Part shown: piece by piece, positions 43,613 through 51,386 of the stretch | Position numbering within the stretch: position 1 is the stretch's first letter | Layout of the letters: the number at the start of each line of letters is the position of its first letter | Assembly: GCA_029263355.1 (NCBI GenBank) | Contig: JAJCXQ010000499.1 | Span: 1-59,082 of the forward strand | DNA from: Acidobacteriota bacterium | Lineage (GTDB): Bacteria > Acidobacteriota > Thermoanaerobaculia > Multivoradales > J023 | DNA length: 59,082 nucleotides | Direction of reading: 5' to 3' | Notes under the pieces: generated by a model | Seen by the model: the letters and a program-made list of their open reading frames with translations, nothing else | Databases searched by the model: none | Told to the model about the DNA's origin: nothing | Position numbers and translations under genes: made by a program

Positions 43613-43636
43613 GAGCCCGCGGTCTATCGCGGGCTC
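43613..43636. terminator. hairpin downstream of the acyl-CoA dehydrogenase gene (possible terminator)
   Basis: The structure is gagcccgcg-gtctat-cgcgggctc with a 9-bp perfect stem. The T-tract is weak. Confidence 0.4.
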
Positions 43637-43772
43637 TCCTGCGTTATCGGCGCTGGTGAGCGGGAGCCAAAAAAGTCTCTCGGCAGCCGTCAAGAGGGTT
43701 AAAAAAAGAATCTTCGCTGTCGGAGTGAACGAAATCAGGGTCTCGTGCGTCTAATACAGTAGAGAGACCAGG

Positions 43773-43991
43773 ATGATGTATTTGATGGCACCTCGCTACC
43801 CCGATATCCGAGTCCGTTTGCGGAGCAACAACCCGTTCGCTCTTGTGAGCGCCGTGCGTCTGGCGCTGCGCCGCTCTGATGTTGATCCCCATGAGATCCA
43901 CCGGTTCACTGAGGAGGCGCTTCAGACTGAGGAGCCCAGAGAGATGCGAAGAATCTGCTCTGACTGGGCGCAAGTCGAAGTCACGTCCTGA
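43773..43991 (+). CDS. small hypothetical protein (68-72 aa)
   Basis: The translation is MMYLMAPRYPDIRVRLRSNNPFALVSAVRLALRRSDVDPHEIHRFTEEALQTEEPREMRRICSDWAQVEVTS. An alternative ATG lies at 43785. It sits at the edge of the lower-GC island. The family is not recognised with confidence. Confidence 0.4.
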   Translation: MMYLMAPRYPDIRVRLRSNNPFALVSAVRLALRRSDVDPHEIHRFTEEALQTEEPREMRRICSDWAQVEVTS

Positions 43992-44050
43992 CAAGGATGG
44001 ACTAGGAGCAGATGAACCGCCGATAGCGCCTTCTCGCCTACGACATCTTG

Positions 44051-44296
44051 TTAGGAGGGCGGCTTAGGCCCCCAGATCTGGTACTTCTGCCATAGGTGAT
44101 CTTGGTTCGCATCAACCCTTGGCCGTTGACGGCGACAGACCTCTTTTGCCAATCGAGTGTCAAATCCGGCCTTGGAGTCCCAAATTGGGTTCTCGTTGTT
44201 GACGCGCTCGCCATTTGTCTGGCATAATAGGCACTCACCTACGAATGTGTTTGAGCCCTGCGAACGCTCGCACCGCAGAAATTCGTAATGCCGCAA
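44051..44296 (-). CDS. small hypothetical protein (81 aa), low confidence
   Basis: The ORF contains Cys pairs (FLRCERS...ECLLCQ) and NENPIWDSKAGFDTRLAKEVC. I see no clear RBS and recognise no family. Confidence 0.25.
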   Translation of the reverse strand: MRHYEFLRCERSQGSNTFVGECLLCQTNGERVNNENPIWDSKAGFDTRLAKEVCRRQRPRVDANQDHLWQKYQIWGPKPPS

Positions 44297-44325
44297 CTGG
44301 AACGAAGGTCCTAGGGGGATCTGCT

Positions 44326-44601
44326 ATGACGACACTCTCGAGTTCCCAGTCCGATAGCTTCTCGAACGAAGGCCAACTCGCCTTCCTCAGCCGAGTTGCC
44401 CACGACGACCGCTTTCGAGCTGAGTTAGAGGCGGATCCCCAAGCTGCTCTTGCTCAGTATGGGCTTGATGTCGATCCGAGCCAGATCCCTTCCGAAGTGA
44501 CGCTCCCGAGCGAAGAAGCGATCGAGGGGTATCTGAGCTACCGTGCCGACAGTCTACTTGACATGCTGTCGAGGTACTGGGTGGGTTTTATCGGCAATTA
44601 G
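44326..44601 (+). CDS. candidate RiPP precursor, NHLP/Nif11-like leader type (91 aa, no Cys)
   Basis: The start is taken at ATG 44326, with GGGGGA at 44314-44319 (6-nt spacing), rather than the track start at 44215. The leader-like helix is QLAFLSRVAHDDRFRAELEADPQAALAQYGLDV. The C-terminus is aromatic and hydrophobic: EGYLSYRADSLLDMLSRYWVGFIGN. It lies 102 nt upstream of the SagB-type gene. Confidence 0.6.
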   Translation: MTTLSSSQSDSFSNEGQLAFLSRVAHDDRFRAELEADPQAALAQYGLDVDPSQIPSEVTLPSEEAIEGYLSYRADSLLDMLSRYWVGFIGN

Positions 44602-44703
44602 GCGTTTGATTCAGGCCGGTGTTAGTCTGTAAGCACTGCCCTTGATTCTTCAAGAGATCAAACCGGCTCGCGGAGTCTCTCTGAGCCTGCTGCACAAGCC
44701 ATT

Positions 44704-45930
44704 ATGCAACAGGTTACACGGTCGCTATATCTATTCTTCTGCATAGAAGATACGCCCGCTCTGGATATTGCAGCCCTCCTTCGAGGCACGTTAGAGGTTT
44801 TGACAACCTCTCATATCTCCGCGTTAGTTCTGTCCAGTGGCGAAAGGTATGAGATCTCACATGCCGACTTCCGTTTTTTGTCCGCCCTATCAGCGCAGAC
44901 ATGGACTCCGGTTTCTGAGCTTATTGATGCGTCAGACAAAGGCAAAAGCCTTGACCTGGAAGGTCTCCTACGGCGAGGACTGCTGCTAGTCCAGGGCGAG
45001 GGCCCTTTGTTGCCTGGTCCGATGCAGGAACGTGAGCAACTCCTTCGGCGCTACCAGTGGGACTCGTCGGCTGCGCTCTACCACTTCATGGGCCGCGAGA
45101 AAGAGGGTGAGCAATTCGCCTCTGCTCCCACCGATGTGTCGGTCCTGGCCAAGGCGGCGGAAACCGACGCGTCCAATTTTGTTCGGCGTCACGGACCACC
45201 GCCGGAGGCTTTCTATCGAGTCGAGAACATCGACGCTGCGATTAGTCTTCCTCTGATTGAGAAAAAAAGTGAACTCTACGAGACTCTCCAGAATCGCAAG
45301 ACCGTACGCGCATTCGACTCTGAGCGGGTGCTAGAGCTGCGAGATCTCGCAATCCTGCTGAGGTACACTTTCGGCTGCCACGGCTACGCCCAATTGGATG
45401 AAGATGTTGTTCTGCTTCACAAGACGAGCCCCTCCGGAGGCTCACTGCATCCCATCGAAGCGTATCCACTTATCCTCAACGTTGAGTCGCTAGCGCCGGG
45501 TATCTATCATTACAGCATCAAGGATCACTCGCTCGAACTTGTCGAAGAGATGTCGAATCAACACGCCAGGAGGCTGGCGGTCGATTTCAGCAACGGTCAG
45601 CTTTACGCCGAAACGGCGCATGCTCTTGTGATCCTGACGGCTCGATTCTTTCGCAATCAGTGGAAGTATCGGCGCAGGAGCCGCACCTATGGTGTCATGC
45701 TGATGGACGCGGGGCACCTCAGCCAAACCTTCTATTTGGTCGCCACGAATCTTGGGCTTGGAGCGTTCTATACGGCGGCTATTAATGGACCCCTGATCGA
45801 AAAAAAGATAGGAGTCCGAGCGCCTGAAGAAGGGGCTATCGGAATCTGCGGATGTGGAATCAAAGCGAGCGGAAGCCCGGATCTCGGGCTCGAATTTCGG
45901 CCTTTCATTCCTAGAAAGACAAAAATCTAA
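44704..45930 (+). CDS. SagB/ThcOx-type dehydrogenase (nitroreductase fold) with a ~190-aa N-terminal extension
   Basis: The C-terminal half has NRKTVRAFDSE, LHKTSPSGGSLHPIEAYPLI, GIYHYSIKDHSLELV and YGVMLMDAGHLSQTFYLVATNLGLGAF. The N-terminal 190 aa have no nitroreductase motifs. Confidence 0.75.
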   Translation: MQQVTRSLYLFFCIEDTPALDIAALLRGTLEVLTTSHISALVLSSGERYEISHADFRFLSALSAQTWTPVSELIDASDKGKSLDLEGLLRRGLLLVQGEGPLLPGPMQEREQLLRRYQWDSSAALYHFMGREKEGEQFASAPTDVSVLAKAAETDASNFVRRHGPPPEAFYRVENIDAAISLPLIEKKSELYETLQNRKTVRAFDSERVLELRDLAILLRYTFGCHGYAQLDEDVVLLHKTSPSGGSLHPIEAYPLILNVESLAPGIYHYSIKDHSLELVEEMSNQHARRLAVDFSNGQLYAETAHALVILTARFFRNQWKYRRRSRTYGVMLMDAGHLSQTFYLVATNLGLGAFYTAAINGPLIEKKIGVRAPEEGAIGICGCGIKASGSPDLGLEFRPFIPRKTKI

Positions 45931-45971
45931 CGCATGAAGCTAGACGAACTGTAAAGCTGACGCTTTGAACA

Positions 45972-48908
45972 CTATCCAGTGCCTGCGAGGTTCAAAAGGC
46001 TCATAAGTTGCCTGTTTGCATCTTCGAATGCAGGGATACCCGCTGCCTCGTTCCAATGACCTATAAATTTACTGTAATGTTCGGCAGCGGCGTTTGTGTC
46101 ACCTTGCTGTTGATATAAGCGACCAAGGTTATAGAAAGCCAGAGTCCAGTCGATCGTGCCTAGCGCTTGACATCGATCTGAACACTCCACGACTCCAAGC
46201 CCACGGTGTTCAATGAGCCATCGATACTCAGCGATAGCAGCTTGGGTCATGCCAGCGGATTCATAGATACGCGCTAGGCTCTCGTGGGTCTGAAACGAAT
46301 CGACGACAGCAGAACTCTCTTCGAGCCGTACCAGAGCCCCCTGGAGATCGCCCTTGGCAGCGAGCAATTCCCCTTCCAGCATCAAAGCCTGAGCCCGCCA
46401 TGCCGCTGGCACTGTTTCGCCCTGGAGCAAAAGTATGGACGCGTAGATACTTTCGGCGTCGGCGAACACAGCGTGTCTCGCATTGAGCTTACCGACAAGC
46501 GCCAACATTGGGATCAGTGACGAGCCAAGTGCTTCCTGGTCGGTCGCAACAAGCTCCCTTGCGGTGCGCGTCGTTTTCAACAGAGTCTGCAAGAAAGAAT
46601 CCTCTGAGGAAAGTCGCTCTCGAATAACCGTTTCAGTTACTAAGCTGGCAAGACCATAATCACTCAACTGTTCCTCGGCAGCCAGTCTCTGTGAATCTTT
46701 AGCCTCTTTTAGAGCGTTGTCTAGATGACCCTTGGCTGAAAAGAACTGCGCAAGCCGTAATCGTCCCTGAAGTTGATGAAATCCCGACGAACCGGTTGCG
46801 ACGCTTTGATCGAGCAGCACTCGAGCTTCTTGATAACGTTCAGTCACGATGAAGAGTTCAGCCAGAGTTACTCGCATATTCGGGTCGGAGGCTACCTCGA
46901 TATTGGCGAGTGCCTCGTCGTAAAGCCCGAGGGCGATTTTGCAATAGCTGAGCTGGATCAGAGCCTTAGACCGCTCCTCGGGCCCTCCGACGCGCGCGGC
47001 GGCTTCGAAAGCGATCGCTGCTTTCTCGTATTGTTCGAGATAGATCAAGTAGGCCATGCCAAGGTTGTGTTGACCAGAAAATTCGTTTGGGTACAACGTG
47101 CTCATTAACGACCAGGCGCGGATCACCTCTTCTGGTCCGCTTCGCAGTCTTGCTACCCAACCTTCGACATAAAGCTTTTCGATCTCGGTGAGGCGACTCG
47201 ACTGACGTAGAGCCTCACTCAGGTGCTTGAGTACTCTAGCTTGGTCCCCTCCAATGGCTATGTAGGCGGTGGCAAGCTTGGCGTGTGCCATTGCAAACTC
47301 TGGGTCGATCTCCAAAGCGCGCTCTAACAACTGGCTTGCAGCATCATAGTCACCTTCGACGGCGCGTGAGGCTCCTAGGGAATAGGCCTTCAGCGCTTCG
47401 AGATTCTTCGTCGTTACCCTCTCGAGAGGTTGTCGTGTTTGCTCAATAGCGGCTAGGGATTCACCGAGATTCAACCGGATCGTTTTCGTGACGGTTTCGA
47501 GCGCGGTCACAATCTTGCTGGTGTCTTTGGCGTTTGCATTGGTGGCGAACGTTGTAATGCCTTGTTCCGGATCGACGATCTCGGCGGTCACAGAATAGGT
47601 CTCCCCGATCTTTCCGATCGCCCCAATAACGAGTGCCTGAGCGCCCTCTCTTTGGCCGATCTCAATGCCGACTTCGCGATCGATAGGGGTGCCGGGTTCC
47701 CTCTCCATGCGTGCCAACGAGCCTTCGATGTGAGACCTCGGCAAAACAGACGCATATCGGGATTGCTCGAGCCCTAGCCTAAAAGCAGTCTCCAGGGAGT
47801 CGTCGAGCAGGGGGTCACCGGTTTGGTTCTGAAAATCCGCCAGGACGATGCGGATGAACGAGCTGTCGCCGGGTGACTCAGGGATGGGTAGGTTTTCTGG
47901 ATCGACCAGCCACCATCGAGTCAAGAAATAGGTTGCCAAGATTCCAACGGTCAGCAGGATGGTCAGAGACAGCAGCCAGCGACGCCTTACCCAAAGGTCA
48001 ACGGTTGTCGCGGAAGGGGAGAAGACTTCTGTTGGGCTGGTTGTAAACGATGAGCTGATCGGCGGTCGATCGTGGTCTCCGGAGGACATCTGGCCCGAGA
48101 TCCGAGCAAATTCCTGAACGACGTCTTGCGCGGTCTGCGGTCGGTCCGCTGGGTCTTTCTCGAGTAGCCTTTCGATGACATCGGAGAGCTCTTCCGGCAC
48201 ATTGGAGTTGACCAGATGTGCCGGCGTCTGCCGGTGAAGCATGACCTGCTTCAACGTCGCGAGCGTATTGTGAGCCTTGAATGGCGAGTGACTGGTGACG
48301 GCTTCGTACAATAGGACGCCGAGGGAGAAGAGGTCTGACCGATGGTCGATTTCCTCGCCGCTGACATACTCTGGAGACATCGTTCGGCTCGTGCCCACGA
48401 GTTGTCCCTTGCCAGTGAGGGACGTATCCATCTCGCTTTTCAGTAGCGGACGCGCCAGCCCAAAGTCGAGAATCTTTGCATGTCCCCTGGGAGTGACGAT
48501 GACATTCTCGACCTTCAGATCGCGATGAATGATGCCGGCGGCATGGGCCTCGCTGAGGCCGGTCGCGATCTCGAGTCCGAGGCTGGCGACTTGTAGGGGT
48601 TCCAGGGGACCGTTTTTGATCAGCTTGTCGAGAGTCAGCCCTTGGACGTACTCCATGACGATGCAGTCGCTATCACCGTCCTGAAAGATGTCGTATAGAT
48701 GGACAATGGAGGAGTGATTCAACTGAGCGGTAGCTCGGGCCTCGCGTTGAAAGCGTTCTCGATTCTCAACGGCTTCGTCTCGATCCCCCCGAATCCGCTT
48801 GATGGCAACCCAGCGGTCCAAACGCTCGTCATAGGCCTTGTAGACTTCGCCCATCCCGCCGATGCCGAGTCTCTCCTCCACCCTGTATGGGCCGATTCTT
48901 TGATCCAT
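45972..48908 (-). CDS. Hanks-type Ser/Thr protein kinase with a TM segment, a TolB-N/FlgO-like extracytoplasmic module and a long TPR region
   Basis: The catalytic motifs are intact: GIGGMGEVYKA, VAIKRI, HRDLKVENVIV, DFGLA and SPEY. The TM segment is WLLSLTILLTVGILATYFL. Next comes IRIVLADFQNQTGDPLLDDSLETAFRLGLEQS, followed by ~500 aa of TPR-like repeats. Confidence 0.85.
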   Translation of the reverse strand: MDQRIGPYRVEERLGIGGMGEVYKAYDERLDRWVAIKRIRGDRDEAVENRERFQREARATAQLNHSSIVHLYDIFQDGDSDCIVMEYVQGLTLDKLIKNGPLEPLQVASLGLEIATGLSEAHAAGIIHRDLKVENVIVTPRGHAKILDFGLARPLLKSEMDTSLTGKGQLVGTSRTMSPEYVSGEEIDHRSDLFSLGVLLYEAVTSHSPFKAHNTLATLKQVMLHRQTPAHLVNSNVPEELSDVIERLLEKDPADRPQTAQDVVQEFARISGQMSSGDHDRPPISSSFTTSPTEVFSPSATTVDLWVRRRWLLSLTILLTVGILATYFLTRWWLVDPENLPIPESPGDSSFIRIVLADFQNQTGDPLLDDSLETAFRLGLEQSRYASVLPRSHIEGSLARMEREPGTPIDREVGIEIGQREGAQALVIGAIGKIGETYSVTAEIVDPEQGITTFATNANAKDTSKIVTALETVTKTIRLNLGESLAAIEQTRQPLERVTTKNLEALKAYSLGASRAVEGDYDAASQLLERALEIDPEFAMAHAKLATAYIAIGGDQARVLKHLSEALRQSSRLTEIEKLYVEGWVARLRSGPEEVIRAWSLMSTLYPNEFSGQHNLGMAYLIYLEQYEKAAIAFEAAARVGGPEERSKALIQLSYCKIALGLYDEALANIEVASDPNMRVTLAELFIVTERYQEARVLLDQSVATGSSGFHQLQGRLRLAQFFSAKGHLDNALKEAKDSQRLAAEEQLSDYGLASLVTETVIRERLSSEDSFLQTLLKTTRTARELVATDQEALGSSLIPMLALVGKLNARHAVFADAESIYASILLLQGETVPAAWRAQALMLEGELLAAKGDLQGALVRLEESSAVVDSFQTHESLARIYESAGMTQAAIAEYRWLIEHRGLGVVECSDRCQALGTIDWTLAFYNLGRLYQQQGDTNAAAEHYSKFIGHWNEAAGIPAFEDANRQLMSLLNLAGTG

Positions 48909-49280
48909 AGCTCGGCTACTCGCCCCGCCAGATTTGAGACTGTGAAGGTAGGAGTTTGTCGTCTTGCTCTCTAGGCATGGCAGCCATCGCTGCTATCCCA
49001 GGATCCTGCAGCCGTCGGACAATGATCGGACGTGTGACCCGTGACTCACCTCCACCGCCATCGGAATGTCATTCCCGTTCTGGCGACCTGCAAGAACTTG
49101 CCTAAAGTAGAGATTGTCGAAGAATTGCATGCTTCAGTTTCTCTAGCGAGAGTGCGATCCGAGTGACGGAAGTCGGACGCCCTATCGTAGCAAACCAGGA
49201 CCCTTGCAACGCGTCGAATTGGCTCCGAACGGGCCAACCTCGAGGCCACCGCAACTCGAAGCCTGCCGAGCTCGAAGGAT

Positions 49281-50039
49281 CTACTTGATGCGGGACCTTC
49301 GGCCGACCCGGTCGGTCTCGAGATCGATCACCACGTGGGTCTGTTCCTTGGAATGGACCCCGAAGACTAGGCGCTGTGGCCGGTACTCTGGATGGGTGAC
49401 TTCAAGTACATGAACTCCGGGAGCGAACGCATGTCCGCTCTCGACCGTGGCGATCTCAGCGCCGGTGCCCAAGTAGTCGTCGTCCAGATAGACGCGAGCG
49501 TCGGCAGGATGAACCGAAAATTCGACCGCCCCAGGCTCTGTCGAGCGGGGGGCTGGCGGCGCTGGTGGTGGTGGGACAACTTCGGGAGCCGGAGGCGCTG
49601 GCGCTACAGCCTGCGGCGCTGGCGGTGCGCTTGGGCTGACGATGTAAACGGGCTGCGGTGAGGGGGCCGGGCTCGGAGCCGGGGCTGAAGGTGACTCTAA
49701 ATAGACATATACCGGTACCGGCACCTGCACAACGCCGGGGTTGCCACGCCTCGAATGCCCTTGCGGCGCATTGAGCTTTTGATAAAAGCCCGGCCGTACG
49801 TTGGCAGCACTGCCGAAACCTCCTGGCCGCAGCAGGCGTCTGTTTTGCTGGGTCGGTCGAGACGGGGCCGCCCGCTGGCTCACGGCTCGAGCTTGGGGCG
49901 GGTTCGACGCGCCGCGGTGGCTGACGGATCGCGATTTGCCGCCTTGGTCGCGGGCCTCTGTCGCGGGAGCAATACCCTGAAAAACTACCGCAACACAAAG
50001 AAGGAGAAACGTTTGCTTGTTGGAGAGTTTGACCTGCAT
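49281..50039 (-). CDS. secreted Pro-rich protein with one PEGA domain
   Basis: The signal peptide is MQVKLSNKQTFLLLCVAVVFQGIAPA. The Pro/Ala-rich segment is APAPSPAPSPQP...APPAPQAVAPAPPAPEVVPPPPAPPAP. The PEGA domain is VEFSVHPADARVYLDDDYLGTGAE...HVLEVTHPEYRPQRLVF. The RBS AGGAG is present. Confidence 0.75.
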   Translation of the reverse strand: MQVKLSNKQTFLLLCVAVVFQGIAPATEARDQGGKSRSVSHRGASNPPQARAVSQRAAPSRPTQQNRRLLRPGGFGSAANVRPGFYQKLNAPQGHSRRGNPGVVQVPVPVYVYLESPSAPAPSPAPSPQPVYIVSPSAPPAPQAVAPAPPAPEVVPPPPAPPAPRSTEPGAVEFSVHPADARVYLDDDYLGTGAEIATVESGHAFAPGVHVLEVTHPEYRPQRLVFGVHSKEQTHVVIDLETDRVGRRSRIK

Positions 50040-50138
50040 GGTGAGCTCCTTCGCGGTTGGCTCGTCTGAGACTGCCTCAAGGCTATGGCAGTGTATCAGG
50101 TGAGTGAAAACTTCCGCAGATTCAATTCCTTGAGGGGG

Positions 50139-51311
50139 TCAGGCCCCGGGCTGTGGCTCATAGGCGAGAGCACGGATCTCGTCGATCCGGCTTTCGGCGT
50201 CCCGTTCGCCGACCTCGATGAGTCGTTTCATGTAGTCGCCCTGAAACATCAACAGGCTCAGTGAGTCCGGGCTATCGGTTTTACGGGTTCCAAGGTTACG
50301 GGTGAGGAACCGGAAGCTCTTCGGTAGCCGTGGCTCGTACTGTGCCGACAGCCGGCCGAGATCCTCGGATGGACGCATCATCAGAATATCGACCGGCTCC
50401 ATGCCTTCCCGTTCCTCTGGCGGTAGCTTCCTGAGCAGGCGGTTCAAGCGTTCTAGTCGCTCCACATCCTGATCCAGGACATCGAGAAAAATTGCGTTCA
50501 GCAGGTTGCCTGCGATCTGCGCCGGTGGCGGGTAGACGTTGGAGGTCGGCTGGTTCGCCTCTTTCTGTGACCGCGGATATTGATTCGAGATCGCGAGAAT
50601 ACGTTTTGCGCCGAGATGAAGCGCGGGAGACAAAGGGGCCGCCATGCGGATGCCACCATCGCCAAACCACTCGCCATCGAGCTGCACCGCAGGGAACATG
50701 AGGGGCAAAGCGGCGGAAGCCATGACGTGCTCAACCGTCAGCTCGGTTTTGAGGCTACGCCGTGCCGGCCGCTCCCAAGTCTCGATATCTCGCCCTTGTA
50801 CCCAGCTCAGGGTCTGCCCGGTCGAGTACTTGACCGTCATCAAGGCGACCGCATCGAGCCTGCCCGCGGCGATGTTGCGCTCGATGTTTGGGATCTCATT
50901 GTTGGTGCCGAGCTCGCGCCGCAAGAGTCCCCGTAGGGGTTCGGTGTCCAACAGACCGAGCATCTTGTTTCCCGAGCCTACCCCCAACCCCAGTCCCGAG
51001 GCCCAGCGGAGAGTGTTCCGCGCCAACGACCACGAGTCGACCCTGAACACATCGCTGAACTCGAGTTTTCCCCACAGGCGACAAAGATCTTCGGCAGCCT
51101 CTGCCGGTGAGCCGGGATGCGCCGCCAAGTAGATCGCGTTGATTGCACCGGCGGAGGTACCGGTGATGATCGGGAAACGCAGATCAGGAAAATGACGCGC
51201 GATTCCCCGCAGGACGCCGACTTGATAGGCGCCGCGAGCGCCGCCTCCCGTCAACACAATCCCCAGCCCAGGAGCTACCGAAACCTTGTTGTTACCTTGT
51301 TCTGCTGGCAT
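50139..51311 (-). CDS. patatin-like phospholipase
   Basis: Motifs are LTGGGARGAYQVGVL (oxyanion G-G-G-x-R-G), the GTSAGA nucleophile elbow and the catalytic-Asp context GDGGIRM. Confidence 0.85.
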   Translation of the reverse strand: MPAEQGNNKVSVAPGLGIVLTGGGARGAYQVGVLRGIARHFPDLRFPIITGTSAGAINAIYLAAHPGSPAEAAEDLCRLWGKLEFSDVFRVDSWSLARNTLRWASGLGLGVGSGNKMLGLLDTEPLRGLLRRELGTNNEIPNIERNIAAGRLDAVALMTVKYSTGQTLSWVQGRDIETWERPARRSLKTELTVEHVMASAALPLMFPAVQLDGEWFGDGGIRMAAPLSPALHLGAKRILAISNQYPRSQKEANQPTSNVYPPPAQIAGNLLNAIFLDVLDQDVERLERLNRLLRKLPPEEREGMEPVDILMMRPSEDLGRLSAQYEPRLPKSFRFLTRNLGTRKTDSPDSLSLLMFQGDYMKRLIEVGERDAESRIDEIRALAYEPQPGA

Positions 51312-51386
51312 CGTGTACTGGGCCGTCCAGATCCTAGAGGGGCGTCTTGCAGCCCTCCAATAGGGAGATGTCGATAGAATCGAGCG

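Noticed and set aside
44326-45930. Interpretation as a classical thiazole/oxazole (TOMM/LAP) cluster
   Set aside because: The candidate precursor contains no Cys and few Ser/Thr in its C-terminal part. No YcaO or cyclodehydratase, and no E1-like gene, is present in the window, so azole chemistry is unlikely.
50139-51311. Patatin-like phospholipase as an effector of a CBASS-like defence system
   Set aside because: No cyclase/nucleotidyltransferase, E1/E2/JAB or other CBASS-associated genes are adjacent. The neighbours are a PEGA protein and a redoxin lipoprotein, so it is treated as a stand-alone lipase.
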